A stretch of DNA of 64,000 nucleotides from Eledone cirrhosa. Taxonomy: Eukaryota. Below are positions 27,365 through 41,743 of this stretch, one piece after another. The translations under genes were made by a program, and so were the position numbers. The notes below the pieces were generated by a model. It had not been told where the DNA came from, did no database searches, and saw nothing but the letters and a program-made list of their open reading frames with translations. The stretch covers positions 357,616,001-357,680,000 of the forward strand of contig OZ024740.1 of assembly GCA_964016885.1 (NCBI GenBank), in the 5' to 3' direction. Numbering within the stretch: the first letter of the stretch is position 1; each line of letters begins with the position of its first letter.

Positions 27365-30112
27365 CAGTGCTGCCGATGACTGTACGTTTTGCTCAAAATT
27401 TTGATGTGCTGTACGTTCAGACGAATTTGTTGTACGTTTTAGTTATCTTGCTATCGGTTTATAAAATTCATGTTTTGACGCATTGATTGAGTGCATTTTC
27501 ACATACGCGCGTTTCGGAGCTTCACAAAAATAAAAGCATGTAAGAATGCAGATGAGACTTGTGCATGCAAGCGCGTGTTGACTTATGAGGTCAAGGGCGT
27601 CTGTAAATTTGGGGGAAGTATATGTCCAGTTTACCACGCCATATCTGTCATAAAGCAGGAATTTTTCTCGCAAACTGGTGTAAAAGGTGTGTGAATTTTT
27701 TTTCAAAAGTTTGATAGATTAGATTTACTTTTACAGAGCTAATTTATATAACCACGCCGTATCAGTCTGAACACAAAAGCAGAATTCTTATAAACAGTAT
27801 TCTTGTAAACAGTATGTGATGTTTTTAATAGTTTAATTAATTCAAATAAATCTTATAGAACTAACTTGAAGCAGATATGAGTGATAGAACTGTGAAACGA
27901 GAACATTCTTCAGATAACGAACGTAGAGCAGCAGATAAGAAGAAGGCTAGATGGGCATCCTATGAAAGGAAGCTTCCGTCCAAATTGTTGTACGATAAAA
28001 AATGTTCTTCTTGGTTGGAAGTGGGCAAGAACGATACAACTAAAGGCAAATGCGTATTTTGCAAATGTGAAATTGCCGGCAGTTTGAGTCAAATTTTACG
28101 ACATGACCACCGCAAGAATGCAAAAGAAGCGAACAAAGCAACAAAATTGACAAATTTTATCCAAACCTCTTCGTTTTCTTCACACTCCAGGAAAGTAGTA
28201 TCTGCTGAATTAAAGTACTCTGCATTTGTTGCAAAGCATAATCTACCCATCTCTATTTTGGACCACTTGCCTGGCCTTGTTGTAAATGCCATTCCTGATT
28301 CTAAAATCGCCCAGGATGTGAAGTGTGCCAGAACAAAAGGCACATCCATCTTTTCAAACGTCATCGGCCCCTATGGCTTCAACACTTTATTAAAGAAGCT
28401 TCATTCGACAAAATTCTCCCTCATCATCGATGAAACAACTGATGTTTCAACACTTAAACAACTCGTCCTTGTATCCAGATATTACGACGTTGAAATTCAA
28501 AAGACTGTCGACGATTTTCTAACGCTTATAGAAATAAATGATTGCAGTGCTGTGGGTATTTACAACTGTCTTCTATCGTTTTTCAACGAACACGCTATTC
28601 CTTTGGAAAATTTGATAGGTTTCGCCTGTGATAATGCGAGTGTTATGATGGGCAGCAAAGGAGGCGTCCAGCATTTGTTGAAGCAGACGAAACCAGATCT
28701 ACTTGTGCAAGCCTGTGTTTGTCATTCATTACACTTATGTTCATCAAAAGCGTGCAATGAATTACCAAAATCCGTGGAAGAATTGACAAGAAGTATTTAT
28801 GCATACTTTAGTCACAGTCCTAAGCGGATCAATGAATACAAAGGTCTGCAGAAAATAGCTTCAATTGACCCTCACAAAATCCTGCATGCAAGCTGCACGA
28901 GGTGGCTGTCTCTCATGCAAGTTGTGGAGCGCATTTTAGAGCAGTGGCCAGCATTGCTGGCATATTTCACCCAAGCAACATTAGAGGATGGGTGTCCGTC
29001 TACGGCTCGAAGAATTCTCACTGAAATGAAGAATCCTCTTACAAAGATGTATTTTGCATTTCTATCTTTTATTTTAAACGACGTCAACAAACGTAATCTG
29101 GAATTCCAGGCCGAAAGCTATCGGATGCATAAACTCAAAAGAGCAATCAACGCTGGAATGAAGGGAATTTTGAGCAATTTCATTAAACCTGATTTACTTT
29201 CTGTCATCATTGTGTGTGAGATTAATGTCAACGATTCAACAGCACACCAACCATTAGATCGTATCTACTTTGGTGCTGTAGCTGAGAGCATTTTACTCAA
29301 CAATTCTACCACCATTGCCCTTGATGAATTGCTGACCTTCTGACAGAATATACTACGATTCTTTGTTTGTCTTTCAAACCAAATGCTAATGCGGTTTTTG
29401 TCTTGCAATATGCAGAACAATTTGGAACTACCTGAGTCGTTAGACCCAACCAACGTGATGGAAGGAAGGCCGAGGTCAATAATTCCACTTGTTATGCGAT
29501 TTCCAAGTCTTTGTGATGAGAAAGATTACGAAGAGATAAATCAGGAATGGTGTCACCTGACGATTCAAGGTTCTTCCTTCATCCCGCACAACGATCCAGA
29601 AAAATTTTGGTTTGCTGTCTCACAAGAGACGTGTGGCGATGAGAACCGTTACCCTCTGCTGTCATCTCTTATGCTTAGTCTTCTTTCTTTACCCTACTCC
29701 TCCGCAGCGGCTGAAAGAATTTTCTCTGTTCTCCACTCTATTAAAACAAAGAATCGAAATTGTTTGAAAACTTCCACTTTTAACACTCTTGTTAGGTTGA
29801 AATATTTGTTACGACATGCCGACTGCACGACGTGGGAGCCCGATGAACATCTTTGCAAAGCATTATTTGAAAAAAGTTGTTACAACAGAGAATCTGCTCA
29901 GGAAGATGACATTTTATTTTTATGGCCTCATGTATAAATTGTCAATAAATGTTGTTAACTTCAAAAATTATTATAAAAAGAGTGTTTTTGATTGTAATTG
30001 GGGGATTTAGTAAAATTCTGTACGTTTTGGTCAGATTCTGTACGTTTTGGTCAGATTCTGTACGTTTTTTTTTTAAATTCTGTACGTTTTGAAAAAACTT
30101 TCGGCAGCGCTG
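27365..30112 (+). mobile_element. Full-length hAT DNA transposon (2748 bp)
   Basis: TIRs CAGTGCTGCCGA / TCGGCAGCGCTG (11/12 match). Perfect 8-bp TSD ACTGTAAT (27357-27364, 30113-30120). Subterminal TGTACGTT repeats at both ends. Confidence 0.95.
27877..29937 (+). pseudogene. hAT transposase with one in-frame stop (TGA 29341-29343)
   Basis: SLIIDETTD, CDNASVMMG, CVCHSLHL, TRWLS and PYSSAAAERIFS motifs. ORFs 27877-29343 and 29383-29937 share one frame. Confidence 0.9.
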
Positions 30113-33109
30113 ACTGTAATATTCAGATAATATTACGCTCAATTTTATGTAACCAATATATATAAACAGTATATAGACATGTATGAACCCATATATAATA
30201 TGATTATGTACAATTAACATATATATATATATCATCATTACTGTTTTATGTGCATTCTTCCATGCTAGCATGGGTTAGATAGGTTATCCTGTTGTGGGCA
30301 ATGCCAGATTGGGTGACCATATCTTGCTCATACGGGAACTGATTTTGGCTTGATTTCTACAGCTGGATGCCCTTCCTAACACCAACCTCATTTACAGTGA
30401 GTACTGGGTGATTTTTTACCATGGTGCCTATACGACCACATTACAGTGTGGGCTGGGTGCTTTTTTGTCATGACACCTCAACAACCACTTTGGTGTGGGA
30501 GGGGATGGCGGCATATTGTCTATATGCTTCAGCTCTGGCTTGTACCCATGGGAAGTCAGGTCTTCTGTATTACTGCATATATATATACATATATATAAAT
30601 ATATACATGCATATATATATATATATATTGTCTTGCTGTGATTTTTTAATCCATCAACAACATATATTTACTTATGAGATATAATTTTACATCTTTATTC
30701 TGAATCATGTTCTGTTTGTCGTATCACTTACATTTCTAGTAATAAAATCATACCAAAAGTAATTATGATTTTTTTATTTTACCTCCAAAGAATGTCAACA
30801 GCAGTGTTTTAATGAAGTTTCTTGTTAGTATACCTGATATTATGGCTTTAATTCATTGATAGTTATAAAAGTGAATTGTGTATGGAGAACTGTGTATGTG
30901 TCATTTCTTACATCTCAAAGCAATAAAATAGGTCTTGAAAGTATACTATTATTAAGATGAACAAATACATATAGATAGCTAGACAGGCAGACTGACAGAT
31001 AATTTTATTTGAGTTCCTACAATGGGTTGATACAAAAGCTTCAGTTGAACTTATACATTTAGATAGTAGTAGTTGCCAGAGCATAAAGGTAAATACATAA
31101 ACAAGAAATAGTTATGCATAGAAATCTAGGGCATTCAGAATTAGACAACAAAATACAATGTTCTTAGCTAATGGTGTCTTCTAGAACATCATTGTTTAAA
31201 GAAAATATAAAAAGACATCTAGATTATTATACAAAGTAGCTTTAAATAGCCTAAAATATAGAACAGGGTGGTGTTACTATTAGGAAATTGTAGACAGAAT
31301 TGTATCAAATGAATTTTTTTTTATATTCTAATATTTTAACACTTTAGAAGTTAAACCGGCCATATCCAGCCAGAATTCTCTCACCTCTTTCTGTTCAAAC
31401 TGGCCGTAACTGGCTGCTCATACTGATGTTAGGGTTTTGATCTCAAAATAAATAACATCAACATCTCATAGATTCAATATTATATGAGATAATTATGTGA
31501 GGTAAAGCCTTTACCACAAAAATACAACAGTGTATATAGAGTAATATAAATGCTAAAGGGTTAAAGTTATATATTGAAGAAACAAAGTTACAGAAATAAA
31601 ACAAAATAACATACATATATAGTATTGGTGAATCTATATCAATACTCTTGTTATACTGCTATGTTAACCTGTTTATAAAAGTAGTTGTTAATCAAATGTA
31701 CCAGCTGAAAGTGGAATGTTTAATACATTCCATATATACCAATTGAATAGAGACAATATAGGGTCTAAAAGAACTCCTCAGTCTGGAAGATCATGTGACA
31801 ACCCCTCTAGTACTGATGCACTAAGTTCACCCACTAAGTGGTATTGCTTATGTCACAATAAAATTCACCCAGTTCATTCTGAAACATGGTAGTGCTGGTG
31901 TCACAATAAAATTCACACACCCATATGCCCTGTAAGGCAGTCGGCATTAGGAAGAGCATCCAGCCATTGAAGTCATGCCAGAATGAAATGTATAAGCAAA
32001 ATGCAATCATCTGACATGTCTAGTCTCAGACAACCCATCTAACCTATGCAAGCATTGGAAATTGAATTCCTAAATAACACATCATCATCATCATCACTGT
32101 ATAATGTTTATTTTCCATGCTTGCATGGATTAGACTAGTTGTCATATTGTGTAACCAGACAGGGAAGGTGCACACATCCTAGTCATGTTTTCAATGACTG
32201 GATGCCCTTCTTAACACCAACCACATTTCAGGGTGGACTGGGTGCTTTTGTCATGACACCACTTCTACCCCATTACAGGCTAGACAGGGTGCTTTTTACT
32301 GTGACACCAACACTACCGCCTTACAGGGTAGACAGAGTACTTTTTACTGTGACACCAACACTACCACCTTACAGTGTGAACTGGGTGTTTGGGTCATAGC
32401 ACCAGCACTATCATTTTACAAGATAGGTTGGATACTTTATATCATGACACTAGCACTACCACCTCACAGAGTGGGCTGTAGTATATATGAATACACAATA
32501 TATTGCAAGTGTTATAAACTATTGACTCACCAAAGCAAAACTAAATATATCGTTCTATCTAGTGTGTGTAAAGAAAGTCAGCATAATAGAAGCTACTTTT
32601 TGCAGACACTTATGAAATTTCCTAGTGAAGAATTTAAACCTTGCACTGCAAGCTGTTTTAGTTATACAGTAATCTGGCTGTTCATCTGTTATACTGTGCT
32701 GTGCTGTCTCTATTTACAACATTAGTTTCCTCCAGTTCAGGTTCCACTTCTTCCAGATGTCTGGTACTTTGCCGACCTTTCAGTGTTATCCCATTTGCTG
32801 GTGCAGTGGCACTATGCAATGCATAATTAAGGCAGATCACAAAAAGAAAAGGGGCTAATGGATCTCCCTAGAGGACTCCAGTATTGATGGAGAATAAATC
32901 TGAGCTGGAAGAGGAACTTCATCATAGCACTGGTAATGGATGTATAGAAGTCTCCTCACAGACTGAGCTGTGGTATATATGAACACATAATTTCTAGTGG
33001 CATGACCTGAACAATTGCTTTTTCATCTGTTAATCCATCAGACTGTTACTCTAAGAACATTATTATAATCATGCTTTCAATTAATCTTTATCTTAAAACC
33101 TAGAATTAA

Positions 33110-33640
33110 CTCTTACCATCCTATAAGTGTAAAATTTCTTCTTCTTTTTTCCAACAATCTTGCTCAGGATCTACTTCTGGGTCTCCCACTGGTTGGTTTT
33201 GCCTGTAATAGCTGTCCAGCAATTTTTTCCTGAGACATTCTAAACACATGCAAATAGTATGGGAGCTGTGGTCTCTCAATTCGGAGAAGTAGCTGCTCTA
33301 CCTGGAGTGAATCTCTGATCTCTGAGCTACACACTCTATCAAGTAACGTTACTCCAAAGACACTTCAGAGGAACCCTATTTCAGTGGCTTGTATTTGCAA
33401 TCGTATTCTTTCGGTCATTACTCAAGATTCGTGACCATAGGTAAATGTTGGCATGAATACCGAATTGAAGATAGCGAGTTTGGCTTTTATACCTACCTCC
33501 CTTCTTCTGATTATTGAATGCTGAAGCTGGCACATTACAGTACCAGCTCCTGCAATCCTTGCACTTAATTCAGCCTCCTTCCCTCTATCACTTGTGAACA
33601 TGACCCTGAGATACTTGAACTTCTCTACTTGCTTCATTTA
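33110..33640 (-). mobile_element. Degraded RTE LINE fragment (different subfamily)
   Basis: QVEKFKYL.V.FTSD...ARI..A...AKLAIFNSVF.PT.TYGHES. Confidence 0.8.
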
Positions 33641-33830
33641 CTAACTAAAGCCAAGGAAGCCCACAAAACTGTCAGTACAGGGCGACCTACAGGGTAAAGT
33701 GGGAAGCATTGGTGGATAAGCTTATTGGTTTCAGCCTTATTGGTTCTCATCAGATTTGATATAGCCATTAGGTCCTAGAGTTAAGCTCTAATATACTGAA
33801 ATTTTCTTTATCTCTCTTTATTTTAATTAA

Positions 33831-34084
33831 CCCTTTTGATACCCACCCACCTAAAACTGACCTTGGTTTTATGATGAAAAACAGCTTGTTTAAAGTGTTC
33901 ATATTTAAATTTAAACCTTTCATTGTAATTTTATGTAAGAACCATTTCTTGAGTTATGTTCTAAACGCCAACTTAATAATGAGAAGTTAATTATTTTACT
34001 AAATCCCTCCAGATTTTTTATTGTTTTCAAAAGATTTAAAGATGCTAGGCATTGTCTTTCATTGGCAATATGGTAACGGAAGCG
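33831..34084. mobile_element. piggyBac-type MITE family B
   Basis: ttaa|CCCTTTTGATACC ... GGTAACGGAAGCG|ttaa; relatives at ~8688-8905, ~23285, ~24980-25200, ~44957-45160 and ~54680-54770. Confidence 0.7.
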
Positions 34085-34167
34085 TTAATACACCAATATC
34101 TATATCAGAGACTACATCGTTTACCTACTAAACTCTGTACTGAAGTTATGATTTTCACTTTTTCTAG

Positions 34168-34272
34168 CTGACTGTTGGTTCGTTGCATCTGTGGCTTCTG
34201 TTGCAATGCATGAGAAAAGTCTACTAGAGAAAGTCGTCCCACTTGACCAGGATTTTGGACAAGAATACGTAG
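34168..34272 (+). CDS. Calpain exon with catalytic Cys: (P)DCWFVASVASVAMHEKSLLEKVVPLDQDFGQEYV(G)
   Basis: tttctag| ... G|gtaagt; phase 1 to 1; DCW motif. Confidence 0.95.
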
Positions 34273-35513
34273 GTAAGTACCAGCATTTGTTTCTTGTTTG
34301 ATTTTGTGGAAGGGATATGAAAGGGGCTTTGTGTTTATTCTTTTACTATATTATTAGATGGGTTGAAGAAAAAAAAATACTTGAGATTTGTTCTCTTTCC
34401 CTATTGAATGGGTCAGGAATAACATTACCACCATCACCGACATCTACTACAAACCAATGAGGTAGCCTCCACATAGTCACTAGACCATATAGAAATAGCA
34501 GCACAATCTCCTTCATATCCCACCCTACCAACTTTAAAAGGGCAGTGTAATGATGTAGTTTGGGACACACTTGTCTAAATAAAACGAATGGAACTTCAGG
34601 ACTGAAATGCCTTTGAAAATGTGTCTGCTCAACCAATCAGTCAAGGCTAAGTTGAGTCAAACTACCACTATTACTAGTACTACTACTACTACTACTATTA
34701 CTAATGTAGGTGATTTTTTTTTTAATGAGGAGATAAGCTGTAAACTAGAAAAATGTGCCCTAGAGAGCGATGATAGTGACTTATAATCATTTCTAGCATA
34801 GGAACAAGGTCAGAAATATGGGGCTGGGTATTCAATTAAATTGATACAGTAAAGATGAAAAACAAAGACAAATGTACCCTTAATGCAATTTTCAGGAGAT
34901 TCAGTATGACTGAATGTCAAGGCTGGCTCTTTCAGTTATGAGTGCAGTTCATTTGATAGACTTCAAAAAAGTTTCCATCTATCCAATTTCACTCACAAGG
35001 CTTAGGGTGACCTAGTGTTATGGTAAATAACACTTGCTCAAGATGCCATGCAGTGGAATCAAACCAGCGACTTAATGATTACAAAGTGAACTTCTTTAAC
35101 CACTTGTCCTTGCTACATCCAATTTGATGTCAGAATCCTAAAGTAGAATGGATAAAAGTAGGTTAAGATTCCTAATATGACAATATGTCAAAGTTTTCTA
35201 TAACAGAATTGATGTTAATAAAATACTAAGAATAAAAAGGAAGAAAAGAATTACTTCGCTATGAAAACTGTACATCATCATCATCATTTAACATCCACTC
35301 TCCACACTCACTTGAGTTAGACGGGTTGTACCATTTGAGGCAAGTTGGGTCAGGTGACCGTGTCTTATTCATATAGAACTGTTTCTGGCAAGATTTCTAC
35401 AGCTGGATACTCTTCCTAATGCCAACCACATTTACAGTGTGTGCTGGGTACTTTTTGTTGTGACTCCTACACAACATATAGTAAAGAAAATAGTGAAGCC
35501 TTGTAGATATGTA

Positions 35514-35707
35514 ATAATTGTTTCTACTTTTGGCACAAGGCCAGCAATTATCCCAGTGTATTACTGGTACTTTATTTTATCGACCCTGTAAGGATGAAAA
35601 GCAAAGTTAACCGCGGTGGGATTTGAACTCAGATCATAAAGGGAGGTAACTCTATGATTCAAAGCATGGCATCCGACCCTCTACCGATACTGCCAATCCA
35701 CCGCCCT
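35514..35707 (-). mobile_element. SINE, same family as 16820
   Basis: Full-length reverse-complement copy; flanking tagatatRtaataa duplication. Confidence 0.85.
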
Positions 35708-37496
35708 AGATATATAATAATGATATGTAATAATGATTTCTAATTTAGGCACAGAGCAAGCAAATTTTGTAGGATAGGCAAAGTTGATTTAATCTATCCC
35801 ATGACTTGACCAGTACTTATTTTATCAATCCTGGAAGGATGAAAAGCAATGTTGACCTCAGCAGAACATAAAAAGCTGGAACAAATACTGTGACACATTT
35901 CTCCAATTCCCTAATGACTCTACAAATCCACTACTCTTTAGCTATGTAATAATAGTCTAGAACCACTGTTGGTTGCTGTTGCTTAGTCCCAAAGGTATTC
36001 AAACCACAACCATCAAAATCAAATTTCTTTTGTTTTTAGATAAAAATGAGCGGTTCTTTTTTAAAAAATTGGCAGAGTGTTATTTAAGGGCGATTTGGAT
36101 GTTATTTTTAGCACAGTTTTGGAAGAGGTAACGATTTTGATGTCATTAAATGGTGGTCAGGATTATAGAAATGAAACCTATGGTTTAAAACTAAAATATT
36201 GACCTTCGCAGCACAGAAAAATGCTTTGGAAACGAACTCCATGATGTTTAATATTAATACAACTCTTATATCAAAATTATGCAAAATGTGGGGAGAAAAA
36301 AGTAAAAGTGTAGCAAGTTTGATAGGTAAACACATTGCACTCACCTTTCAAACTTGACTTAGAAGAAATATTTAATATAGGAGAAGACATGATAATAATG
36401 TGTCAACTTACTTCCCTGTTTCAAGGATTCTCTACTGAAAATTCCATAGAAAATATAGGAGGTTAGAATGAGTGAAATGGTATAGACATCTCTTTCCTAA
36501 TCTACTTTTGTTGAAAGACATCAAAGTTTTGTATTTCACTATCTAATGTTCCTATGTCTATCAAATCTATATTGTGTAAAATCATCAATATTATAATAGC
36601 TGGGGATATCATAATTGGAAGCAAAGAACCAGAAAAGAAATTCAAGAAATATCAAAATCTGAAATGACCAATTATTATTCTGTGGTCTGTGAAGATTATC
36701 TCCTGTTAAAAACTCTGTTGTCACTCATTGTCAACCTCATATACCATTCTTTCTCAGTTTAAAACAAAGAGATGGTAATCAATCAACCTCTTGACTCTGG
36801 GTTATGGAGAAAATTAAATTGTCATTAACACTGCTGCTGTCATCATCATTGTCATTTTCATCTTCATCTTTTTCCTTTTATTGAATATCTATCGTTTTTA
36901 TTTATTTTTGTTGGTTTGCATGCATGCATTAGACAGATTTGCTTAACCCTTTAGCATTTAAACTGGGTGTATCTGGCCAGAATTCTCTCACCTCTTTCTG
37001 TTCAAACCGGCCATAACTGGCCACTCATACTGATGTTAAGGTATTGTTCTCAAAATAAATAATATCAAATTCTCATAGATTCAATATTATGTGAGGTAAT
37101 TACGTGAGATAAACCTTTATTGTGGAAATACAATAATATATAGAGAGTAGATGTATTAAATCACATATATATAAATATACTATTAAAAACAATTTAATAG
37201 AAAAAAAAAGTAAATTGACAAGAAAGAATGGAATGTAAAATAAGAAAATGAATTCATATTTATTTATCTGTATGGAGCAAGAGACAATTCTGGTTAGCCA
37301 AGCCTGTGAGAAGACTGTTTCAAATCCCAGTTAAAGCTGTTTCACTTCTCTTATGCTAATGCTGATCTTTGAGAGAGGCTTCAGCTTCGCAACATCCTAT
37401 TCTTGTTCTGTGAAATGAGAAATGTTTTAATGTTGGCTAAAACAAGTCAATCTGTATCTTTTTTTTTTTTTTCATATTTCTTTATTTCCTTTGTAG

Positions 37497-37650
37497 GTGC
37501 CTTCCATTTCAACTTTTGGCATTATGGACAATGGAAAGTAGTTATAATTGATGACTTCTTACCTACAATAAAAGGAAGATTGATTTATGGACATAACAAG
37601 AAAGAGCCAAATGAATTTTGGGGTGCATTATTAGAAAAGGCCTATGCAAA
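37497..37650 (+). CDS. Calpain exon: (G)[22 protein letters not shown]...[13 protein letters not shown](K)
   Basis: ttgtag| ... AA|gtaagt; hallmark calpain motifs. Confidence 0.97.
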
Positions 37651-40184
37651 GTAAGTATGGTAGCTACTGCTATTCAGGATTGTTTAGAGGTATGTGACAA
37701 TCAAGCCAAAATTTAATACTAATTATTGATTTGTAGTAAACAATTCATGTCAGTTTGTAGTTGTCTGATTTGAAATGATTTTCTAGTAGTCATAATCCTT
37801 TTGGTAATATAAGTAAATGGTATTTTTTGGCTGGACATATAGTTTCAATAGATGTATAAGGTGAAAGACTGGGGCTACAGTGTTGGGCAATTGAACAGAG
37901 ATATAATAGGGTCTGGGAGGGCTCATCAGTCTGGCAGATCATGTGACTAACTCTCTAGTGCTGGTGCCCGAATAAAACATACTCAGTCTACTCTCTAACG
38001 TGGTAGTGCTGATGCAACAATAAAATGCACCCAGTACACCCTGTAAGGTGGTTGGTGTTAGGAAGAGCAGCCAGCCATAGAAATCATGCCAGATATGGAA
38101 CATATGAACAAGACATGGTCACTTGATTGGTCTGACCTCAGAATATGACAACCTGTCCAACTTATGCCAGCATAGAAAGTGGAAATAAAATGAAAATCAT
38201 GATAATTCCAAGTGATTTATTTTTTTAATCGTTCAATGCTGATAATATTTTACAATATAAATGTAAAATAACTCTTTTAGATTTCTTTCTTTTGAGGAGG
38301 TGGGGAGGGGGCAGTTTGTTAACAACTCTCATTTACTTGAGAGTTGCTTCCACACAATCCCCAAATCTACTTTTTACCAGACATCATTTCCATGAATGTG
38401 ACACAATAAATTCAAATCCCAGATCTGTATGATTATTTCCTGGTGAGACACTGATAATAATAAATAATGAAAGACTAATCTATCTAGTTGTAAACGTTGT
38501 AGTTCTGCAAGTTGAGAGAGTATTAGTCAATACATTGAAGTATTAGCAGTTCATTGGCAGAAATGGTTAGAGCATTGGATAAAATGTTGTAGCAATATTT
38601 GTTCTGGCTCTACATTCGAAGTTCAAATCCTACAAAGGTCAACTTCGCTTTTCATCTTTCAGGGGTCGATAAAGTAAAGTACCAGTGAAATACTGATGTT
38701 AATTTAATCAACTTTGCCTTTCTCCAAAATTTGCTGGCCTTGTATCTAAATTAAAAATCCTTATTTCACTGCACTGTCTGTATGATCAAATCATTTAACT
38801 CTCAAAGGTCAAAAGTCTACTTAGGTTTAAGTAGCTATCATATTGCAGTAAAGTTCATTGTTGAAAGCAACAGGAGAACTGAAATGGCAATTGAAAAGTG
38901 TTCTGTTAGCTTGCAATGCTGACTTCTAATTTACCTTTGGGTGTAACTTGGTTTGGAATAAGCATCACAAAACTGAATAGATGAAAGACATACTAAATAA
39001 ATATGTACCCATACAAGTTATTGAATTCTGACAGCTTCTACCAGTTTTCTGTAAACAGACATAATGTATTAGTTGCATCTTATCATTGTAAGCAACAGGA
39101 ACTCTATGAAAATTACAAATTGATTGAGAGCTTGCAGTGATAAGTGGATATAGTCTAGCCACATATTGACTCCACCAGCTTGATTTGCCTTACTTTTTTG
39201 GTTCTTTGCTCTCTGGGTTTAAACCCTACTGAAGTCAACTTTGCCTTTCACTCTTTCAGATAGATAAAACAAAGTACCGGTCTAAGGTTTTTAGAGTATT
39301 GGACAAGATGCTCTTTGTACTCTGAATTAAAATCCTACTTTGGCCTACTGTGGTAAACTTGTTCTGTAACCCAATTTAACACCACCACCTGATTCTTGGG
39401 TGCATTTAGCAGAGTCTAATCTGCTATTACTTCAGTTCACCTAGTTTTGGGGTACCTGATCATCTGAGAATGTTACCTGGATCCTATCCAGAAAGAGATT
39501 GTTTACCTTTCACCTGCTTAACACCATTAAATCAGAGCTAAGAACCAATCATGAATGTTTTGAAGCTGCAAAAAACTATATTCCACTGCTTTTGTAGTCA
39601 GTTAATCACTTTATGACCCTTTACATTCTGTGTTCAAATTCCACTGAGGGTAGCTTTGCCTTTCATCCATACAGAGTTGATAAAATAAAGTACTATTAAT
39701 AAACTGGGGTGCGATTTAATCGACTTCCCCTCCCCAAAATGGTTGGCTTTGTGCCTAAATCAGAAACTATTATCATTTAACATTCATTTTTCTTTATAGC
39801 TGTGTTGCATGGGTCATCAGAGACCAAGTCAGTACGTAATTGGAACTATTGAGCTCTCAGTAGGGCTGGAGATTGCATCTCACTTACATACATTCCCACA
39901 ATTTACACAGTACACTGGGTGCATTTCATCATGAGGAAGGTTGTTATATCTTAGACACAACTTAGGAGTCCTCTCCACCCTTTGTTTCTACAACTAGATG
40001 CCCTTCTTCTCAGCAACATATAGAGACATATATAAAAATATGCACACATTGACCTATATTGTGTAAGAAATATTATATTTTATATTATTCAGATATATGT
40101 AGGCCCTTGTGGCCAATAAAGAAAGAATTATATTGAGATATAAACCTCAAGAGAGTAAATACATCTATTAATTATTCACCTCAG

Positions 40185-40362
40185 ATTGCAAGGTTCTTAC
40201 CAAGCATTGAATGGAGGAAAAATGCTAACAGCCTTAACTGATCTAACTGGAGGTATTTCAGAATATCATAAAATAATGGACAAGTTGAAAATCCCACCTA
40301 ACCTGTACGAGCTGATTCAAGACACCAGGAAGATGTATTCTGTGATTGGTGCTTCGATTTAT
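40185..40362 (+). CDS. Calpain exon: (K)LQGSYQALNGG...DLTGG...VIGASIY
   Basis: ctcag| ... TAT|gtgagt; GSY.AL.GG and D.TGG motifs; phase 2 to 0. Confidence 0.95.
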
Positions 40363-40819
40363 GTGAGTACATTATCAATGTTTATAACAATTTTTTTGCA
40401 CTCCAGAATTAGAAATCTCTAACAATTCAACAAATATAGTGTTTAAGTATATCATTTGAGAAAACAATTAGTATATATCATCATCATCACCATTTAACAT
40501 CCACTTTCCATGCTAGCAAGTCAGATAAGAAGACTGTGTTTTATTCATACAGAACTGTTTCTGACATAGTTCAGTTTACCCCCTCCTCCTACTCACCACC
40601 CTGTCAAATCCCACCACATGTACCATACACCCATAACATAATACTTATCTTTCTTCTCATTCCCTCCCTGTCACCTATTCCCTGAGCAGACAGGGATCTT
40701 CAGTTGAGGCAATGATTGACAATCTCACTACTGCTGGTGCCATGAAAATGCTCCCAATACACCCTGTAAAAGGATACCTTTGAAAATGTATCTTTGCAAA
40801 ATATACATTATTAAGAAAG

Positions 40820-41620
40820 TCGTCGTCGTCGTCATCATCGCCATCATCATCACCATCATTTTACATCTGCTTTTCCATGCTAGCATGGTGTAAACAGGTT
40901 CTTTCTAGTACAGCATCTCTCCAATTGTCTCAGTCCTTCATCATCTCCTCTGTGTGATTCAGGGATTTGAGATTAGCTCTGACACACTCTGCCCTGGTCT
41001 TCCTTCATCTCCCTCTACCACAGCTCTCTTCCACTAGGATTTCTTGGTATTTCTTCACCCAATGCTCATTATCCATTTGCATTATATGGCCATATCAGCA
41101 CAGCCATCTCTCCTGCATACCACATCTAACTCCTCTTATAACCAGCCTCTCTCTCAGCTCATCTATGCTTTGACTTTCATGTATATTAACATTGCACATC
41201 CATCGAGGCATGCTTGCTTCATTTCTCTCCAGCCTTCATATATCTTCTTTGTTCACTGACCATGTCTCAGTACCATGCAACATCACACTTTGTATACATA
41301 TATATGTATCACACAGCCAGCCTTTCTTTCAGAGAGAGAAACCTTTTACTGTAAACAAAGTTAGCAGCTCTCTGAAATTGTTCGATCCTGTTCTTATTCA
41401 AGCTACTATACTCACAGTGTCACCTCCTCCCCAAATATTTTTATCACCTAGGCAACAAAAGCTATCAACTACTTGTATGGAGTCTTCCTGGGGTTGGAAA
41501 ACATTTATTTTACTTGTGCTCTTACTACTAGTTATCCCTGTGTATCTCCCACATACAAAGTTTATCTTTTCTGTTAGTCTGCCTATTATAGCAGTACACC
41601 TCTTGTGTACCCAAGATTTA
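40820..41620 (-). mobile_element. Degraded RTE LINE 3' fragment
   Basis: Reverse-strand similarity to the 59333 element (LHGTETW, WYGH, GRGR.RKT) with a (CAT)n tail. Confidence 0.75.
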
Positions 41621-41670
41621 CATTGTGTACATCATAGAGAGTTACTACCTACTCCTTTTCTACATATTGT

Positions 41671-41743
<73 letters not shown>

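Noticed and set aside
30010-30092. Short regular repeats (CTGTACGTTTTGGTCAGATT) resembling a CRISPR array
   Set aside because: No unique spacers; these are hAT subterminal repeats in eukaryotic DNA.
33710-33760. Minus-strand CTGATGA...GAAA hammerhead-like motif
   Set aside because: Stem II pairs poorly and no cleavage triplet or stem I partner closes the junction.
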